Numbered from the whole stretch's first letter, positions 40,127 through 52,223 are shown. The stretch is 63,249 nucleotides of DNA, filler included, from Octopus bimaculoides (GCF_001194135.2; 5 parts of 5 records of this genome joined end to end with filler, not necessarily neighbours in it); one strand, 5' to 3'. Notes: generated from the sequence alone by a model not told the origin. Translations and numbers: made by a program.

Positions 40127-41479
40127 ATATATGTATGTATGTGTACATATACATGTACATATATGTACATCTATATGTACAGTTATGTGTGAGCAAAAGA
40201 AACATACATACATGAGTATGTGGACGGGTTTAGAATATCTTGTTTACTCAACTACAAAGCTACCAACTTATTCTCATACTTTCTGCCTAGCAACCTCTCT
40301 GTCTACCTATCAACTTATTTACATACCTAGCGACGTATCTACATACTTACCTACTTAGCCATCTATCTGTTTCTCTATCTACCTATCTGCACATACACAC
40401 ACACGCATACGCACACACACATGCATACGCATGCACGCACACAAACACACACACGCACATACACACACACATATATGGAACTGCAATCGACTCGACTTTT
40501 TTGCCCTGCAATTCCTTCACATCTTGCCTCATCCAATCTCGATCCTTTTTGCTTGTATCCGCTTCCACCGCAACACCAGTCCTTCGTCAAAAGCTCTCTG
40601 CCGTATACAGAAGTAGTTCATCACTCCACACAGGAACTGCTTCATCTAGATGTCAAAACATGTCACCTAGAGCATGATAAGTGAAATTTATGGTTTACTG
40701 CACGTAAGAAAATCTTGTTGAAGACTGGTTTATCGTTTTAGAAAACCTTATTCACCATCCTTTGATGTAGCTGAACAACCAATCTCAACCAGTCGGGATT
40801 CACGATATGGGTTGTACTATTCATCCTTTAGATTGTTAAATACAAAACGTGGCTCGCGACTCCTCCGTTGGGTAAGTTTCCTGAGTCCCTATCTCACCCT
40901 TGTACGCCAATCTATCGCAGGGTTACCCATTTACAGCTGAGCAGATTAGAGTACCGTGAAAGGAAGTGTTTTGCTCAAGAACACAATGCACAGCCCGTTT
41001 GGGAATTGAAACCATGATCGCGTAATCATGAGTGCGATACCCTAACAACTAGGTCTCACGCCTTCACACATTATTAGACAGGTCTTGTTTTTCATCCCAC
41101 GGGCTGTCCAAATATCATTCTCCACACCAAGCGAGCTTGGTAGGGTTACCAGCTTTGTCACCGATAACCCGCTCAAATGACAGGTTGTACCAGTAGCGCA
41201 CAAGAATGACCACATTAAGAGATCCAATGCAGCAACACCAGATGATTTAGTTGTGTCGTCTGCCATTTTAATTTCTCAGTCTGCTTTGTCGTGCATCTCA
41301 CAGTTCATGAGTTTATATTACTGCATGGTACTCTCATTTTCTGGTTTTGTGGTGAACAGCAGTTAATTTCCTACAACTGCCCCTGCTGCTACCAACGGCT
41401 GATTTATTCTTAAAACATCCCACCACAAACGCACGCACACATAAAATCCCATGTATGCATTCGTCTCCTCTACTCATTT

Positions 41480-41790
41480 TATTATGGCTATGGGGTCGGG
41501 TCTTTCAACATCAGATACGTTCACTTAATTGACCCTGCGGAGGTTGAACAAACCCCAACTTGCATTATAGTTACAGCAAACAAGCGGTCTGCTCTCTTTA
41601 TCTAAAGCCACCGAGTGGCCTTCTCTGTTGCTTCTGCAATGGAATTTATAACCCTTTTCTTTGCTACACCAGTGATTCCAACCCCGGTTAGAGCTTTAGA
41701 GGATGCATCTCTTGACTATATATACACAATAAGCATAGATCTGCATAGCAGACCAGGTCTAACGCTTTGAACCTGCGGTAAAAGTCATCA
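41480..41790 (-). mobile_element. RLE-type (HERO/NeSL-like) non-LTR 3' fragment
   Basis: Translates SKALTGVGITGVAKKRVINSIAEATEKATRWL*IKR, resembling the ..GITG..R.RAI....EAAEKASRWLWIKR terminus. Confidence 0.6.
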
Positions 41791-41889
41791 TAGAAAATGG
41801 ATCTGCAAAGACAATGTCTATAATAAATGGGTTCTTTCTCAGCTAAATTCTAAGACACAGGCATAATAGTGGTTTTGGTTAACAGCTGA

Positions 41890-42860
41890 TTAATCAGCAT
41901 GTCTGAAGCTGTAGGCGCTCGATCCAGACAGTGTCAAAGACGTTCAGTTCACAAGATACTAGACAGGCTGTGTTCCTTCTATGATAACCAACAACTTTTA
42001 TATCATAAGTGAATTCATGAAGTATTTGGTGCTTGCCTCTTGATGCATTCCTTGACGCTGCTGCGGTTAGCTTGTACTTGAATAAACCAACTGGCTTCCA
42101 GCTATGAGTTGATGCAATTGTAGAGTCTGATACTGCATCAAGTTGTAAAGTGATCACTTTTTCGTTCATTTATAATTTCACATATTTTTTGGCGTGCGTC
42201 GAAATTATCACCATTTGTTCGAAACACCGTATTAAGTTAAGAAATTGCGTTTCGCCGACAGCTCGATCTCCGATTTATTCAACTTCCTTGCTCGGCTCTG
42301 GTTTTCCTTGTGTCTACGACGTTTATACACTGAGCGTTGGTCGGTTTTTGTAGGGACACCACCCAGCATATTGCCATTCACTGCACTGGCAGCAGACCAA
42401 TGATCATTTTGATTCCTCAGTTCCTCCGAGAGATGGAGACCGCTGGAAGACATCTTGGAGGTATTCAAGGTGGAGTTAAGGTGGCGGGCTGATAGAATCT
42501 TTAGCATGCCGAGCAAAATGCTCAGTGGCATTTCGTCTGTCTTGTGTTTCATTTTGATTTTTAAAATATCTTCGAATCGTTCAAACCACGAGATGAAAAA
42601 CATACCAGCATCAAGATCGTAATGGAACTCCGTGATACTTTTTATATTCGTGTTGAATCAGTGATTTAACTTGAACTTGATGACTGAACTGTCATTTGCT
42701 TGAACAATACTTTGATCAGCTGTATTTGAACCGCTTCGAACTGGGACTGTCGCTGTTTCAAAACTTCCCCTAATTCTTCAGCAGCCATTAATACGTTGAC
42801 TCCTTTCTTCTGTTGGTAATTTCTTTCATCCTTTTGTAAGTTCTTATCCAGCAAATTTTA
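41890..42860 (-). mobile_element. Decayed Ty3/gypsy (K02A2.6-like) gag-protease with internal deletion
   Basis: Translates MAAEELGEVLKQRQSQFEAVQIQLI, KSITEFHYDLDAGMFFISWFERFED, a decayed Zn knuckle (RSVYKRRRHKENQ), and retropepsin-like VITLQLDAVSDSTIAS.HSWK...RNASRGK.QIL.EF..DIK...VFDTVWIERLQL. Confidence 0.7.
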
Positions 42861-44030
42861 AAAAAATTTTTTTTTTTAATTTTAATCTTAATTTTTTTTT
42901 TATGTTTTTAGAAATATTGGAATTTGTTATTGTCGGTCACGATGCTTTCGCAGATTCCTATGACTCTCTGTTGCAATCCAATTCCATTATTATGAATTTG
43001 AATTGACAGCTTGAGTCATAGTGAATCTTTCATTAGTTGATTACACAACCATTGACGCTGCCCCTATGGATGTGTTGCAGTTACCCTCTTGATAGAGCTT
43101 GGTAATCTTAACTGTCGATCTTCTTGGATCTCTCTGCTCGTCATCAATGTAAGAAGCTCTGTTGGCTCAGCTGAGCTCTTCCACTACCTCTTCACAATCC
43201 TGTTTCAAAACTGTTGCTGTTTCAAAACTTCCTCAAATTCTTCAGCAGCCATTAATACGTTGACTTCTTTCTTCTGTTGGTAATTTCTTTCATCCTTTTG
43301 TAAGTTCTTATCCAGCAAATCTGCAGTCCCATGACTTCACTGTATCCCTGGCAGGGTGGCTGAACAGGTGCTGTGCTTTGCCAAAGGGCAGCCCGTAAAT
43401 ATGCAGGGTACATCAGTCACTCCGTGAGGTATTTCTAAACTACCCCCTTAGTTATCTATTAGATAATTTACTTCATATGCTTAGTAGCTTTAGATAATTT
43501 CGTCTTCATCTCGTCTCATGAGGAAAAGAGTTGTTCTTATTGATGAGAAACGAATCGAGTCAAATGGTAATCAAGAGAAAAGCTTTCTAAACAACACACC
43601 ATTTATAGAAATGAGCAGAAGTGCTCCTTCGCCAACAACATATGCTAGGTTTTTATATCATATTCTTTGAATAGTCAATTATTTGGGTTAGCTTATTTGT
43701 TGCATAACTTTTAACTTCCAATTGAACAGTAGTAAGCAATGCTTGACCCAAAGCATTTAGGATTCAAATTCATCCATTATAACTCTGACCTACCTGACGA
43801 AAAGAATAATTTTAAATTTTGGCACGAAGCCAACAATTTTTTGGGGGGGCTGGGTAAGTCGATTATAATGACCCCAGTACTCAACTGGTACTTATTTTAT
43901 CGACCCCGAAAGGATGAAAGACAAAGTCGACCTTGGCAGAATTCGGACTCAGAGCGTAGAGACGGATGAAACCTGCAAGATATTTTGTCCCACATGCTAA
44001 CGATTCGGCCAGCTTGTCACCTTTATAATG

Positions 44031-44067
<37 letters not shown>

Positions 44068-44125
44068 CAACAACAACAACGACAACAACAATAATAATAA
44101 CAACAAAAACAACAACAACAACAAC

Positions 44126-44176
<51 letters not shown>

Positions 44177-44179
<3 letters not shown>

Positions 44180-44570
44180 GACATAGTCTTAATTGAGAAA
44201 GAAAGCAAACTATGCTGGATCATAGATATAGCATGCCCAGCTGACAACAAGGTATGCGATAAGGAAAAAAGAAAAGTTAAGAAATATAACAGGTTAGCTT
44301 GGGAGGTTAAGCAGTTGTGGCCGATGAAAAAGGTGGTAGTAGTACCAATAACTGTCGGAGCCCTGGGAACAGCGAGTAAAAATCTTGAGAAGTTCATGGA
44401 ACAAATAGGGGCTGCAATAAGGGTGGAGCACTTGCATAAAATAGCACTACTTGGAACCGCTCGAATACTCTGGAAGGTGCTCGAAAAATAAGAGGTGTTA
44501 CCTTAGTTCATTGGTAATGAACAGCTGGCACCGTAGTATATCTCCAGCGTTAGAAGCTGTGCAAAGGCAA
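44177..44570 (+). mobile_element. 5'-truncated R4/Dong-type non-LTR element (restriction-like endonuclease C-terminus + 3' UTR) inside an (AAT)n array
   Basis: Translates (P)DIVLIEKESKLCWIIDIACPAD...KVKKY..L..EV..LW...VVVPITVGALG...ALLGTARIL, stop at 44489-91. (AAT)n lies on both sides. Confidence 0.85.
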
Positions 44571-44572
44571 TA

Positions 44573-44618
<46 letters not shown>

Positions 44619-44662
44619 NNNNNNNNNNNNNNNNNNNNNNNNNNNNNNNNNNNNNNNNNNNN

Positions 44663-44758
<96 letters not shown>

Positions 44759-44851
44759 ATGATGATGATGATGGTGGTGGTCTTTCCCACAACTATTTAT
44801 AATCCTTTCTACTCAATATTGATACTACTACTACAACTAATAATAATAATA

Positions 44852-44885
<34 letters not shown>

Positions 44886-45113
44886 CTTTTATTAGCCACA
44901 GGGGCTTCGTGTATCTTTAGTAATTACTGTTCGCCCAACAACTAATGATAAATGTGCATTGTGCATTAGGAACCTTGAAGCGGAAGGTATCGAGAAGGAG
45001 AACAGGTTTTCTGCTCTCTATTATTACATGTTCTGCAATTCTTTTGGCATTTTGACTTACAGAAAGAACGACAAAAAAAAATAATAATAATAAATAAATA
45101 AAAAATAAAAATA

Positions 45114-45186
<73 letters not shown>

Positions 45187-45267
45187 GGAACTGAGAGAGA
45201 ATTATTAAAAGAAATTTGAGTGTAAGGGTGTAATAAGCCTTATAAAGACCACGAGGAAGGATTGCGT

Positions 45268-45268
45268 T

Positions 45269-45307
<39 letters not shown>

Positions 45308-45342
45308 GTCATTACTATCATCATCATCATCATCACCATCAC

Positions 45343-45376
<34 letters not shown>

Positions 45377-45431
45377 GTCGTCATCATCGTCGTCATCATC
45401 GTCATCATCATCATCATCATCTTCATCATCG

Positions 45432-45470
<39 letters not shown>
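45268..45470. repeat. Imperfect (CAT)n microsatellite, one of many (CA, TA, CT, AAT, TAG, GATA, CATA arrays across the window)
   Basis: Read directly from the sequence. It generates the poly-His and poly-Met pseudo-ORFs. Confidence 0.97.
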
Positions 45471-45471
<1 letters not shown>

Positions 45472-47436
45472 TATTGTCGTTGCTGTTGTTGTTGTTGTTG
45501 TTGCCATCATCCTTCCTATTTGCGTAGTTGTTGGGTTTTTGTTTTGTTTTTCTTTATTCTCCAGCACATACCACCCCTTCCTAAACCCCTTTCCCCCCAT
45601 ACACACACACACACGCGCGAACCTTTCTTCGATATGATTATATATTCTGCTGTAGCATTAGTGTGAACGCTGACATTTCGGACAAACCATTAACAGATTC
45701 TTGGTGAAAGTAGAGATGTGTGTTTGGTTGTGTGTGTGTGTGTGTCCGAGCTCGAACACCTGCATGCAAGTTCGCGCGCACGTGTGTGTATGTGTGCGCG
45801 CGCGCATGTGCATGTGTGTGTGCGTCATTCCATAGAGAAAATGGTCAGGCTGAAGAATTATTCTTTCAAATCACTCACTAATACATATACATACACACAC
45901 ACACACACACACACATACACACGCATACGTACTTATATGTATATATCTATCTATCTATATATATATATATATATGTCTGTGTGTGTGTGTGCGTGTGTGT
46001 GTGTAAAAGAAAACAAAGAATGGAACAAGAACGTAACAAGCGACAACAAAACATCCGGACAGTTAGACGATACAAAAAGGGACAGGAAAAAAACAAGGAC
46101 GGGTCATTCGGAGCTTCCTATCCTCAGTCGAGTACCAGGTCATCGTTGCAGTTTCGGCCGGTTACACCCGAGACTGCTCCAATCTGGCCGGCTAAGAGCA
46201 CTAGACTCCTTGAAGAAAGCAAGCGAATGTATATGAAAACAAGGACGAAAAAAACGGAGAAATGGTACACAATTACAAATACAAACAACAGAACATTAAC
46301 AAAAGGTTTCTTTCGACTGAGGACGAACTAAATTAAGCTGGCGTGTGTGGAAGTGAAGCCTTACGGCAGGAACATAGAAGATGAAAGTCGTGGGAAGGAA
46401 TATAAGATATATATATATATATATGATGATGATGATGATGATGATGATGGATTCTTCTTTGAACAACAAACGAGAGTTCATTGATCATGTCCTATGGTCA
46501 TGCATGGGTCTCTTGAGGCCTGCTGGTGCCTTGCAAATACATATACAGAAAATCACTTTGAATTTAATTAATTTCGGATCACCTTGAAAACTTGCTAACA
46601 TATAACTTTGGAAATATTAATTCCAATATTTTCTGTCTCTAAATGTGTTTAAACAACAGAAACAGTTGTCGGTTTTGTAGAGTGAATTCTACAATTAAAG
46701 AGGTGATTTTCTCTTTATTTATTTTCGTTGTCAAATACTCTGAATTTCTCGAAATTCTTCTAAATGATATTTGGATCTACTTGTCAAACATGAGGAATTA
46801 CCTTGGATGTGTATTCGACTTACATTTATTGGTGTATATACGTATATATATATATTCCCGTCACAAAGTTTTGGTTGGCCCGGATTGAAATGGAAAGCAG
46901 TTACCCAAGGTGGCATACAGTGGGACTGAACCCATGGCCATATGGATGGCAAGGTAAGTTTCTTAACCACGCAGCCACGTTTTTGGGTTAAAACTGTAGG
47001 CTGAAATACACAGCCATTAAAAGTTCAGTTCGATGGTGATGGAGTAGTTGTAGTAGTAGTAGTAGTAGTAGTAGCAGCAGCAACAACAGCAGCAGTAGCA
47101 GCAGCAGCAGTAGTAGTAGTAGCAGTAGTTCATAGAAACAAAACATTAAAACATCAAGTAAATGGCTACGAAATTAGTCGGAAGGCAGTGATTAAGAATA
47201 CCTTAAACAACGGTGTTATCAGACCAACAACTCCATAATGGTATGTAATACATTGGTGTCACGGCATACATGCATACATACATTAATACATACATACATG
47301 CATACATACATACATACATTAATACGTTCATACGTACATACATACATACATACAAGCATGCATGCGGGCATTGACATTACGCTGTCTGTCTATCTCTCCT
47401 CCCGCCTTCCCTCCTCCCTCCCTCCCTCCTTCATTC

Positions 47437-47476
<40 letters not shown>

Positions 47477-48349
47477 NNNNNNNNNNNNNNNNNNNNNNNN
47501 NNNNNNNNNNNNNNNNNNNNNNNNNNNNNNNNNNNNNNNNNNNNNNNNNNNNNNNNNNNNNNNNNNNNNNNNNNNNNNNNNNNNNNNNNNNNNNNNNNNN
47601 NNNNNNNNNNNNNNNNNNNNNNNNNNNNNNNNNNNNNNNNNNNNNNNNNNNNNNNNNNNNNNNNNNNNNNNNNNNNNNNNNNNNNNNNNNNNNNNNNNNN
47701 NNNNNNNNNNNNNNNNNNNNNNNNNNNNNNNTATATATATATATATATATATCGATATATACGTATACATGTATGTATGTGAGTATTTGTGTGTATCATA
47801 TGTATATATATGTACATATATTCAGAGGGAGAGAAAGAGAGAGAGAGAGAGAGAGAAAATAGATAGATAGATACATACATACATACATACATACATGCAC
47901 ACATATATATATATATATGTACATTCACCCACATATACATAACATACATACATACACAAAAAAGCATCATACAGACAGACATAACATAATATTGATACAA
48001 ACACGACATACATACAGACAGACATAATGCATACATAAATCGTTACATATATCACATACATAACATAAACACATACATTATACACATACATACCACACAC
48101 TAACACACACACACACACAGTGTGTGTATATGTGTGTCGTCTTTTAATCCATTTTTTTATTTATATTTCTTTGTTTTAAACGCCTTCATTTTATTCTTAT
48201 ATTCTCCTTATTTTTGTTTTTGTTACATGTTTATTGCATCTCCTCGTTTCTTGTTTATTTTCTCCGTCTGTTTATGTTTTTATCATTTGCTTGTTTATTT
48301 GTTCGGGTTTCTTTTCTGTTTTTCTGTCCGCGTGCGTGTGTGTATGTGT

Positions 48350-48401
<52 letters not shown>

Positions 48402-48501
48402 NNNNNNNNNNNNNNNNNNNNNNNNNNNNNNNNNNNNNNNNNNNNTTAATTAATTAANNNNNNNNNNNNNNNNNNNNNNNNNNNNNNNNNNNNNNNNNNN
48501 N

Positions 48502-49010
48502 CGTACGACAATCGCCGACCTTCGATGCGAAAGACATCCCTTGGCAAATATATGTAACTTTCTCCAGTGAAATTATTCACTGATATCGAAAAAGTGAAAA
48601 CAAGCAATGTTAAATCTCTGAACGAGGTATTAACAGTAACTGCACGATAAAGTGAAGTATATTAGCCCCTCCTGGGGCTAAAAGCAACAGTAACATCCAC
48701 CCCTCGGGGTCAGCCACATTTAAGTGGCAAATATACTTCACTTTATCGTGCAGTTACTGTTAATACCTCGTTCAGAGATTTAACATTGCTTGTTTTCACT
48801 TTTTCGATATCAGTGAATAATTTCACTGGAGAAAGTTACATATATTTGCCAAGGGATGTCTTTCGCATCGAAGGTCGGCGATTGTCGTACGCTGAAGAAG
48901 GGGAATAACCCTGAAACTCGGGTACGTACGTATCGTACATCAAGATGGGAAAGATAACTTCCCTTGGCAAATACAGTCAGGGCACAGATGTGTGTCGATA
49001 GCCACACATT
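48502..49010 (+). mobile_element. Structured hammerhead-containing repeat (PLE pLTR / retrozyme-like) with a 162-bp inverted 5' arm
   Basis: 48502-48663 is the exact reverse complement of 48730-48891. 48669-48790 is homologous to 26546-26666. It contains the hammerhead above. Confidence 0.7.
48879..48935 (+). ncRNA. Type I (minimal, probably dimer-forming) hammerhead ribozyme motif
   Basis: Stem I CGAU-ugu-CGUACG / CGUACG-u-AUCG; core CUGAAGA (48892-98); stem II AGGG/CCCU with loop GAAUAA; GAAA (48913-16); stem III ACUCGGGU, self-complementary with G-U pairs; GUA cleavage triplet (48922-24). All conserved core nucleotides are present. Confidence 0.8.
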
Positions 49011-49122
49011 TTATCTATAAAGCTCAATTTAATTTTGATTTTTTATAAGTTGATTTTAATTGAGTTTTTACCTGTAATTTTGGATTTTGTCCCTAATATA
49101 TATATATATATATAATATGTAT

Positions 49123-51375
49123 TGTTGTGTCTGGAGAGAGTCATTCTCTTTTAGTGCCTTTATAATTAAAAACACTCACCGGAAAAATTTCCACTCATTT
49201 ATTTATTTATTTTTCTAAATTTTTCGTTGCATCTTGCAACCTTTTCAGTAGCTGTTGACTCTGTCCATTATTCAAGCTGCGTTCCTTTTTTTTGTGCGCA
49301 TTTGCGTGGGTCAGTGTGTCTGTATGTATGGATGTGCATCTCCGTCTGTGTGGACGTGTGTCTCCATATATGTCCTTGTGTGAAGTGTAGTATGTGTGTG
49401 TATGGTCATGTGTTTCAGTTTTCATTTGCGCATGTAAGTGTACGTGTGCTTGTCTGTTCATATTACCTATGTACCTATCCGTCTGTATATTTGTCTGTTT
49501 ACTTTCATATCCATTTGCCTACATACATGTGCATATAGATATATATATATATACACACACACATACATTCATCTTCATAACAGCCCACTAACTATTCTAT
49601 CTGTATATAAATATAAACTGTGGGTATGGGTATGATTATCTACTACGTATATTTCCTATTTAGTACTGGAGATGTTTCATTTATGAGGACGTACTCCTGT
49701 ATTTGTCTGAGTGTTGGGTCCTTTGGGTGCTTGGATAAAATTCGGATGTCAAGTTGACCCAAGTTGCCTCCATGTTGATCTATGGCATGTTGGTAGAGCA
49801 TGGAGGACTGTTTTTTGTCGTCATATTGTCTCAGATGTTCATTTAGTTTTTTCGCAATGCTCCGAGATGTCTCCCCTGTGTACGTCATGTTCATGTCTTT
49901 ACAAGCACCTTCTATGAATCTTATGCTGTAAACTACATTTCTAGTTCTACAGTTAGTGCCTGGGCTAATCCTACATACACTGCAGTTATCATTGGTGCAT
50001 ATGATATTCTCAAATCTATATTCTCACATAGTTGTGATCCGATGGAGTTCCCTGGCTTTTCAGCAATCTTAATGTTGAGTTTGGTCTCCATCAGAGCTTT
50101 CCAAAATCTACGGGCTAGTTCTCTATGGGCTGTGGCCTCTACAAACATCACTCCTTGATATTTGTCGGTTTTATACCACATGTTCACCCTGTTTGCTTTG
50201 TCACAATATCTTTGTATCCTATTCTAGTCTTTGCTCCTATATCTAGAGCAGGTACCACTGGTTTCATTACATATAATGTTATCTAACTTCTTTCTAGCAC
50301 CCCTATATACTCGAACCCTATCTTTCTGATCATATCCCGAGAATTGCATGTGGTGCATGAAGTTCTGAACATGTTTCCTCGTTTCATAGGGTTTGCATAT
50401 AAGGAACACGTTATTAATTATCCTAACTAAGTCTGCTATCAGTATGTTAATTTTCATGTTGTGTGACAAAGCTGAGTTCTTGTGAACAACATATTTCGAA
50501 GCTATGGGTTTCATGTAATAGGAATGGAGGAGCTGCACTCTGTTCACAGTCTCTAACCAAAGTTCAGTATCAAGGACGAGGAGTCTATTGTTAGGGTGCA
50601 TAGTGGGGTAATCTATAGTTACCTTGATACTTTGGTGGAAGGAATTAGCTACTTGCTGGATGCTCTTCATTATGTTCTTCTCAGTTTCTACATTACCGTC
50701 ACTAGAGTTGGTTTTAACTAGGATATTAACGTCATCTACATATCTACTATAAAGTAGAAGAGTTGTGGACTGTTCTGCTATGGATTGCTTAAGTTTTCTG
50801 TCCCACCAGATCATGAAGAGGTTGGCCACATCTCCAGCTATACCGACACCAATGGCTGCACCTCGAACCTGCATGTATAGTTTCTTGTTAAACTTTACTA
50901 TGTGATTCTTGAAGGGCTTCTTACGCTAGCCCTTATTGCATGTGCAATCATTCCTTTCACCTGATTATTATTCTCAGGGTCCTGGGTGGGTACGGTCCAG
51001 CCATTCCACCGCTCTGTAGTGCTTTTCTTCGCTGCTGAAGTGATGGTGGGTGGTCTTCCCCTCTGTGACCCGGTGGGGCAGAATCTACTGAAGTCATGTT
51101 CGTCTAAACAGATACTGTCGTAGCTTAGTCTAAGGATGAGGCCCAGTTCCCTCGTGTTGACCTTACGGAACTCTACTTCACTCTCACAGATTATCTCAAT
51201 GCGTTTCTCCACAGCAAAATGTTTGTCTGTAGATGGGTAGTGTTAAATCACATTCATGTTACCTACTACACAATCTGCAAGTACTGATTTTACTGAGATC
51301 TTCCGTGCTCACACAGAACTCTAGGAACATTTCTATGAGAGGTCGTAAAACCTGTGAGAAGAAGTAGGACAGTCT
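49123..51375 (-). mobile_element. Penelope-like retroelement copy 1: 5'-truncated, frameshifted RT + GIY-YIG endonuclease + 3' terminal region
   Basis: RT motifs VVGNMNV..YPS, QVRGAAIG and LYSRYVDD (50224-50874 ORF). The GIY-YIG part reads MTYTGETSRSIAKKLNEHLRQ (49643-49894). The 3' non-coding region is homologous to copy 2. Confidence 0.92.
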
Positions 51376-52049
51376 ATAATGTGTGATACATACATATATA
51401 TATGTATGTATCACACATGCTCGAGCTCCAGCGCGCGTTCACGCACATACACACACGCACTCATAGACACACGTACACACACATGTACACAAATATACAC
51501 GAGCATACACAGAAACAAAACACAGCTTTTAAACTACTTATGGTAATAACTTTGTTTACAACTCAACGGAGATATATATTTTACCATTCTCTTTTCACAT
51601 TTCACGACCTTAAATTATATTCAAGAAATAATTTTCCACTTGTCAAGATGAATGGGCGACTACTTTCAAAGGCGTGAAACATTTCAGGGGAGATAACTTA
51701 ACACAACCTACTAATCCTGTCAGTACGAAATCGTTTTTATTACAACACATAATAGTAAGTAGGCGAACTTGACAGAATCGTTAGCTTTGCGGCATTTTGT
51801 CCGCCTTCACGTTCTGAGTTCAAATTCCTCTGAGGTCGACTTTACCTTTAATCCTTTCTGGGTCGATAAAATAAGTACCAGTCGAGCACTTTCGGAGTCG
51901 ATAAAATAAGTACCAGTTATGCACTGGGGTCGATGTAATCCACTGGCTCCCTCTCCCAAAATTCAGCCTGTGTGCCTATAGTAGAAAGGAATGTGAGAGA
52001 AGATAAGATAAGATAAGAGTAAAGCTGTATTTGCTTCTGATGAAAGATT

Positions 52050-52055
52050 TTTATT
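52050..52055 (-). promoter_or_regulatory. Candidate polyadenylation signal AATAAA of the GST gene
   Basis: Plus-strand tttatt reads AATAAA on the minus strand, about 25 nt after the stop codon. Confidence 0.6.
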
Positions 52056-52079
52056 TCAAATACTTTTACATATCATCGT

Positions 52080-52223
52080 TTAGAACCTTGATTTTGGACG
52101 TCTCTCCAAATATGCGGCAATGGATGGTCGTTTAGCAACATTTTCTCGAAGATTAGCCAAATTTTGGTAGTTTTTCAGCAAATTAGGATCTTCCTGGACC
52201 GGGGATTCCAATACGATGAAACA
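52080..52223 (-). CDS. Terminal coding exon of the same GST / S-crystallin-family gene (5' end lies in the N gap)
   Basis: Translates CFIVLESPVQEDPNLLKNYQNLANLRENVAKRPSIAAYLERRPKSRF*, matching the GST-sigma C-terminus pattern (C..LE.P....P.LL..YP.L..LR..VA..P.IAAYL..RP...F*). Stop TAA at 52082-52080. Confidence 0.88.
   Translation of the reverse strand, partial: CFIVLESPVQEDPNLLKNYQNLANLRENVAKRPSIAAYLERRPKSRF

Noticed and set aside
43985-44176. Poly-Asn N-terminus of the 168-aa ORF
   Set aside because: It is an (AAT/AAC)n microsatellite upstream of a truncated retroelement, not a real fusion protein.
45205-45666. Poly-His and poly-Met ORFs
   Set aside because: Translations of a (CAT)n array.
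45665-45700. Minus-strand CCGAAATGTC hammerhead-like 3' half
   Set aside because: There is no CUGANGA core and no stem I.
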